The position numbers were made by a program, and so were the translations under genes. Under the pieces are notes generated by a model. That model searched no databases and had not been told where the DNA came from. It saw only the letters and a program-made list of their open reading frames with translations. Positions 59,239-64,000 of a stretch of 64,000 bases of DNA are shown here, piece after piece. Source of the stretch: Ignavibacteriota bacterium (GTDB lineage Bacteria; Bacteroidota; Ignavibacteria; UBA10030; UBA6906); the NCBI GenBank assembly GCA_963801355.1, contig CAWDEM010000008.1, positions 1,952,001 to 2,016,000 of the forward strand, read 5' to 3'. Within the stretch, counting starts at the first letter, position 1. Each line of letters opens with the position of its first letter.

Positions 59239-60924
59239 CTATACAATTGGCGGCCGCAGGATTCCGCCCGGCCTGGCAGAAGTCTGGGTGCCGTTCTCTA
59301 CAACGATCACTCCATTGACGATCACATACGGTATGCCATCGGGAAATTGATGCGGATTCGTAAACTCCGAACGATCGTTGATTGTGGCATAGTCAAATAG
59401 GACGACGTCCGCCGCTTTGCCCTGGGCGATGGTGCCGCGGTCTTTCAAACCCAATTTCTCTGCCGGAAGAGACGTCATTTTTCTAATCATGTCGGGAAGT
59501 GTTGTGATCTTCCGGAGCCGCTGATAGTGCGCGATGGCCCGCGGGAATGTGCCGTATGAGCGCGGGTGAGGCCAGGAACCATCGTCCGGGGAATGCGGCC
59601 CTGCATCCGACGCCACCATGGCATTTTTCCACGCGAGCACCATTTCCGTACACACTTCGTCCATGCCGAAGCCCACCATGCCCACTCCGGCATCTTCGCG
59701 AAGCTGCAAAGCCACGGTGAACTCGTAAGGGTCGCAGGATTCCTCGATCGCGATCTGCCGGATCGTCTTCCCCTGATACTTCTTGCTCTCTTCCGTCTTC
59801 ACACTCGAGATGAGCACCGAATCCCACGAACCGAGACCATCGACTTTACCCTGCACTTCGGCGCGCAGCCGTTCGCCCAGTGCCGGGTCCTTCAACCGTT
59901 CAAGGTATTTCGCCGTCCCCCCGTCCCGTGACCATAGCGGAAAGAGATTTGTCAACCCGGTATTGAACGCGACGTAAGGATAGCGATCGACGTGAACATC
60001 CAGACCGGACGCAAGCGCGTCGTCAAGCATGCGCAATGCCACTTCCTGCTTTGGCCAGTTGGCTTTGTTCTGTGCCTTAAGATGAGACACCTGCAGCCGT
60101 GAGTTCGATCCCCGCGCAATTGCGATCGCTTCCCGAAGCGCCTCCAGCACCCGGTCGGCCTCATTCCGCATATGTGATGCGTACAGACGGCGGTTCACCG
60201 GAAGTGCACTCATGATCTCGATGAGTTCCTGTTCGGTCGCAAAGCTCCCCGGTGTGTACTCGAGCCCGGTGCTCGCACCCCAGCATCCCGTCTCCACGGC
60301 GAGACGAGCTGCGTCCTTCATCGCAGCCATCTCGTCACCGGTGGCAGGGCGGTCGTCAAACCCCACCGCCACCGCCCTCACTGTCCCCAGTCCGACCATC
60401 GAGAGGATGTTCTGGGCGCTCCCATTCGAGGCAAGGAGCTTCAGAAATCCATCCATCGTGCGGTACGGACACTCGTAACCGAACGACTCTTTGAAATTGA
60501 GGAGTGATTCGGACATACCCGTGCCCCCGATCGGGGCGGCGGATTCTCCGTCCTGGCCGGAGACTTCAGTGGTGACGCCCTGCCGGACTTTGCTGGGAGC
60601 ATACGGATTCTTCAGAAGGTCCAGATCTGTGTGCGAATTAATGTCAATGAAACCCGGCACCACCTTCAGCCCGCCGGCATCAATCACCCGCGCTGCGGTG
60701 GCACCGGACAGATTGCCGATTGCAGCGATGATGCCGTCGCGAATGCCTACGTCAAGCCGGCGCTCTGCAGTCCCGGCTCCATCGATCAACATACCATTGA
60801 GTATCAGGAGGTCCAGTGCCGGGCGGGCCGTAATGGGTGCAGTGGCGCACCCCGGGAGCAAAGATGCTGCACCGGTCCCAGCCAGTATGGTCAGAAAAGA
60901 TCGGCGGGTAAGCGTTGTCTCCAT
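59239..60924 (-). CDS. N-acyl-D-amino-acid deacylase family amidohydrolase, Tat lipoprotein
   Basis: TRRSFL Tat motif + LPGC lipobox; PGFIDINSH, STGLEYTPG, SHMRNE, SHLK, ASD, HPRSYGTFPR. Confidence 0.88.
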   Translation of the reverse strand: METTLTRRSFLTILAGTGAASLLPGCATAPITARPALDLLILNGMLIDGAGTAERRLDVGIRDGIIAAIGNLSGATAARVIDAGGLKVVPGFIDINSHTDLDLLKNPYAPSKVRQGVTTEVSGQDGESAAPIGGTGMSESLLNFKESFGYECPYRTMDGFLKLLASNGSAQNILSMVGLGTVRAVAVGFDDRPATGDEMAAMKDAARLAVETGCWGASTGLEYTPGSFATEQELIEIMSALPVNRRLYASHMRNEADRVLEALREAIAIARGSNSRLQVSHLKAQNKANWPKQEVALRMLDDALASGLDVHVDRYPYVAFNTGLTNLFPLWSRDGGTAKYLERLKDPALGERLRAEVQGKVDGLGSWDSVLISSVKTEESKKYQGKTIRQIAIEESCDPYEFTVALQLREDAGVGMVGFGMDEVCTEMVLAWKNAMVASDAGPHSPDDGSWPHPRSYGTFPRAIAHYQRLRKITTLPDMIRKMTSLPAEKLGLKDRGTIAQGKAADVVLFDYATINDRSEFTNPHQFPDGIPYVIVNGVIVVENGTQTSARPGGILRPPIV

Positions 60925-61095
60925 GATCATTTCTCGTTTTTCCAAGGGGCTATTGGCGTTTTGGGGATATGCTTTCCAATATAGGCCGATTTGAAGGGGT
61001 TTGCAAATGTGCCGCCTCGGAGCTTGCACCGTTCATCGTGAGCCCGATGCCTGGCCGTGATGTGACAATTCAAATGAGGCTGTGATTTCCATGTC

Positions 61096-61134
61096 TGTAG
61101 GGAATACCGACACACGGTGTAGGCAATTACCACA
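61096..61134. promoter_or_regulatory. Tandem enhancer (UAS) sites for a sigma54 activator
   Basis: TGTAGGGAATACCGACA and TGTAGGCAATTACCACA (TGT-N11-ACA), starts 22 bp apart. Confidence 0.6.
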
Positions 61135-61221
61135 CAATTTGTTGGTTAGTCTTCCATTCCCAGGATACTTAGTCACTCTAAGTCATTGTCGATAAATCAG
61201 ATATGGCGATATCGCATAGTT

Positions 61222-61237
61222 CGGCACAGGACTTGCA
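61222..61237 (+). promoter_or_regulatory. Sigma54 (-24/-12) promoter
   Basis: CGGCAC-AGGAC-TTGCA (GG-N10-GC) upstream of ATG 61292. Confidence 0.7.
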
Positions 61238-61291
61238 ATTGTGTCCATTATTGCTTCACCACGAATGTTCAACATAAAACTAGAGGAAACC

Positions 61292-61540
61292 ATGTTCGAT
61301 CTCGACGACCCCCGCTCATGGACCTACTTCACGAACTGGGTTCTGGTTGCCGTGGCATTCGTTGCCGCTCTGTTCATAGGGTACGGTGTGCTTCGCGAGA
61401 AACGCGCCAGGAAGACATCCCCGGCACATGCGACGGGCGACGCCCATACGCTCTTTCTCCCGGACCTCGGGCTTACGATGGCCGACGGCGGCGAGAAAGT
61501 CACAGATGAGAAGTCAAAGAAAACAGCGAAACCGGCCTGA
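61292..61540 (+). CDS. Small single-TM protein ending in an LGLTMADGG motif
   Basis: RBS GAGGA, one TM helix, first gene after the sigma54 promoter. Confidence 0.7.
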   Translation: MFDLDDPRSWTYFTNWVLVAVAFVAALFIGYGVLREKRARKTSPAHATGDAHTLFLPDLGLTMADGGEKVTDEKSKKTAKPA

Positions 61541-61569
61541 CCTCCGGGAGAGACAACGAGGACACAGCA

Positions 61570-62544
61570 ATGCGATGCCCCTTTCTCCGCGAAGCACAGG
61601 TGAAGTCCTGTCGTGGTTCCGCCTTCCGCAAAATGATCGTCTGTGTGCCCGGTCAGGCGGATGCGGACCGCTGTACATCACCCGACTTTGTGAATTGTCC
61701 GGCTGCGCTGCCGCTCACCGATGCACATGCTCACGATTCACACTGTCCGTTCCTCCAGGAATCGCTGGTGCAGTACTGCGCCGCAGCATCCGTCACGAAG
61801 TACATCCCGTACAGCGAGGCGGAGCTCTCGCATTGCGGGACCGATAGTCACAAGTACTGTGAACTCTTTCTCACGCTTGCACACCCCGAGCGCGCAAGTT
61901 TCTCAACAACCGCTTCAGCCGGAACCGGGGCAGATGATTCTTCACCGGACTTCCTTGTGGAAGGCATCCGCGTGCCGGGGTGGCTCGGGTTTTCCCCCAA
62001 CCACATGTGGATCGATATCGACAGTGATGGACTCGTCCATATCGGCATCGACGCCTTTCTTGCTTCGATGCTTGACTCCATAGACCGCATCACCTTTCTG
62101 ACCACCGAAGGCATCCATCGTCCGACCGTGGTGCTGACCATTCACGGCGTCGATCTGCAGATGGTGTTCCCCCATCCGGTGCGCCTGAAGACTCCCAACC
62201 TGTACATCCGCACGCATCCCTTGACATTGTTGTCGGATCCGTATGCACTGGGATGGCTGTTTGAAGGAACTCTCGTCGGTGATGACCCCGCGACGGCTGC
62301 AGAGACGATGAGACGCGAGCTGCTTTCGGGGAGAGCCGCCGCCGGATGGATCGAATCGGAGATTCACCGGGTGTCACATATGGCTCATGCATTGTCTAAC
62401 GCTCCGGACCTCCAGGGAGAAGTTGCTATGGCCGACGGCGGCACCGTGGAACGGGGATTCATTCGACACTTGAACCGTGATGCCATCCTCCGCGTCTTCA
62501 ACGAGTTCTTTTCTCCGTTTGCAGAATGGAGGGATTTAAAGTGA
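61570..62544 (+). CDS. GcvH-like protein with duplicated Cys-rich N-terminal domain, no lipoyl Lys
   Basis: CPFL...C...C...C twice; H-protein-like FSPNHMW...IGIDAF...SDPYALGWLF; C-terminal MADGG. Confidence 0.75.
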   Translation: MRCPFLREAQVKSCRGSAFRKMIVCVPGQADADRCTSPDFVNCPAALPLTDAHAHDSHCPFLQESLVQYCAAASVTKYIPYSEAELSHCGTDSHKYCELFLTLAHPERASFSTTASAGTGADDSSPDFLVEGIRVPGWLGFSPNHMWIDIDSDGLVHIGIDAFLASMLDSIDRITFLTTEGIHRPTVVLTIHGVDLQMVFPHPVRLKTPNLYIRTHPLTLLSDPYALGWLFEGTLVGDDPATAAETMRRELLSGRAAAGWIESEIHRVSHMAHALSNAPDLQGEVAMADGGTVERGFIRHLNRDAILRVFNEFFSPFAEWRDLK

Positions 62545-63128
62545 GTGTGAAGGGTCCAATACTATTTTTGTGCGGAATTCTGGCATCCCTTGCCATTGGA
62601 TGGTTCGCGTTCCCCGCTGCCCTCTACCGGACCGAGGCGCAACCAATGCAATTCAACCATGCCATCCACACGGGCGAACAGAACAGCATGACCTGCGACA
62701 TGTGTCATGAGTTCGCAGAGAACGGCAGCTTCAAGGGCATTCCGGTTATCGCAAAGTGCGCTGAATGCCATTCCGCACCCATCGGTTCGACAGAGTCCGA
62801 GAGGATTCTCGTCGAACAGTACGTGACACCCCAGAGGGAAATCCCGTGGAAGGTCTATTCGCGCCAACCGGACAACGCGTATTTTCCGCACACGGTCCAT
62901 GTGAAAAGCGCAGAGATCACCTGCGACGTGTGCCACGGACCGCATGGTTCCAGCTCTTCGCTCCCCGCGTATCAAGTCAACCGTATCAGCGGGTATAGCA
63001 GGGACATCTGGGGAAGGAACATCTCGGGGATTCCCTCCCAGCCCTGGGAAGGCATGAAGATGGACCGGTGCGTGCGGTGTCATGCCGAGCGCCGGAGAGA
63101 CGACAGCTGCATTGATTGTCACAAGTGA
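62541..63128 (+). CDS. Membrane-anchored pentaheme cytochrome c (QrcA/ActA-like)
   Basis: N-terminal TM; CDMCH, CAECH, CDVCH, CVRCH, CIDCH; QPDNAYFPH, MKMDRC. Confidence 0.88.
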   Translation: MSVKGPILFLCGILASLAIGWFAFPAALYRTEAQPMQFNHAIHTGEQNSMTCDMCHEFAENGSFKGIPVIAKCAECHSAPIGSTESERILVEQYVTPQREIPWKVYSRQPDNAYFPHTVHVKSAEITCDVCHGPHGSSSSLPAYQVNRISGYSRDIWGRNISGIPSQPWEGMKMDRCVRCHAERRRDDSCIDCHK

Positions 63129-63142
63129 ACATGAAGAGATCC

Positions 63143-64000
63143 ATGAAGATTACACGAAGAGAATTGCTGACGTTCGCGGGTGGATCGATCCTCGGCGCCC
63201 TGTTCACGCCCATCCCATGGAAGCTCCTGGACGATAGCTCGATTTGGACGCAGAACTGGTCACTGATCCCCGGTCTTCCCCGTGGCCCGGAGACATATAC
63301 CGCAACCCGATGCGCCATCTGTCCGGGGGGCTGCGCCGTCAGGGCCCGACGTATCAATGGGCAGCCCGTCACGCTTGCCGGCGTTCCCGCAGATCCGCTC
63401 AAGAGCGGAGCGCTCTGTCCCATGGGAATTGCCGGACATCATCTGGCATTCCATCCGCTGCGGCTACGTGATGCCTTCGCGTTCACCGGAAAGAGCCCGG
63501 ACGCAACGCTGGTTCCGATCGGCCTCGATGAAGTCGTATCGAAGGTCTCCCGGACCATTCGGGATCTATCGGCGGCGTCGATGCCAGGTGCCATCGCGAT
63601 TCTTGATCAACGGCCTGGAAGGGCGGTCTCCGGGCTCTACCGGGAGTTCATCGGGACGTGCCCGCAGGGAACCTACATCGTGGCCCCGGGATCTGAAGAA
63701 CCCACGCTGGCCGCTCTTCAAAGACTGTGCAATTTCAACGAGGCATTGCCCGGCTATGACCTCGAGAATACTCGGGTCATCCTGAGTTTTGGATCCGACC
63801 TGCTCGACGGGTGGAGCTCTCCGGGCCGCTTGACCGGTCTCATGCAGAACAGAAATCAGAACGGTCTGCAACTCATCCAGGCGGAAGGCGTCAAATCCCG
63901 CACCGCGCACCAGGCAAACACCTGGCTCCCCGTGATCCCGGGTACAGAGGGAACCCTTGCTCTCTCAATCGGCAACGTGCTTATCCGTGACGGTCTGCAT
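63143..64000 (+). CDS. Molybdopterin-oxidoreductase-family subunit, QrcB-like, Tat-exported; runs off window
   Basis: Absent from ORF track; hand translation MKITRRELL...TPIPWKLLDDSSIWTQNW...CAICPGGC...ALCPMG...GYDLENTRVILSFG. Confidence 0.85.
   Translation, partial: MKITRRELLTFAGGSILGALFTPIPWKLLDDSSIWTQNWSLIPGLPRGPETYTATRCAICPGGCAVRARRINGQPVTLAGVPADPLKSGALCPMGIAGHHLAFHPLRLRDAFAFTGKSPDATLVPIGLDEVVSKVSRTIRDLSAASMPGAIAILDQRPGRAVSGLYREFIGTCPQGTYIVAPGSEEPTLAALQRLCNFNEALPGYDLENTRVILSFGSDLLDGWSSPGRLTGLMQNRNQNGLQLIQAEGVKSRTAHQANTWLPVIPGTEGTLALSIGNVLIRDGLH

Overview
GC-rich chromosomal segment, most likely from an Ignavibacteria/Chlorobiota-type member of the FCB group. This is inferred from T9SS C-terminal domains, a PorV/UPF0164-type barrel, a split atpDC pair and sigma70-like promoters. 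1-33 kb: a large LacI-controlled alpha-glucan (starch/maltodextrin) locus with four GH13s, GH57, GH31 and an orphan MalK. It lacks SusD; its core is PPIase / TonB-dependent receptor / 1229-aa acidic-repeat CTD protein / PorV-like barrel / CBM-rich T9SS protein, with three SGNH-TPR paralogs interleaved. Two genes in it are split by single frameshifts. 33-39.8 kb: helical-repeat proteins with an extended TonB, a DUF4139 protein and an ECF sigma/anti-sigma pair. 39.9-51.6 kb is the best candidate for an undescribed system: OM barrel + lipoprotein divergent from UbiA prenyltransferase, DAGK-like kinase, ThiL-like kinase, SPT-like AOS enzyme and B12 radical SAM. Its three transcription units share one promoter architecture (TGAC(A/G)-N6-TGACA-N20-TAnnTT) and lie beside a PDZ-sensor/OmpR two-component system. 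51.7-61 kb: housekeeping genes (smpB, tyrS, pdaD, SLT, rpiB, rlpA, manC, atpC, atpD, D-aminoacylase). 61-64 kb: a sigma54-driven Qrc-like respiratory operon led by a lipoyl-less GcvH-like protein. No rRNA, tRNA, CRISPR array or transposase was recognised. All calls come from reading motifs by eye; no database search was run.
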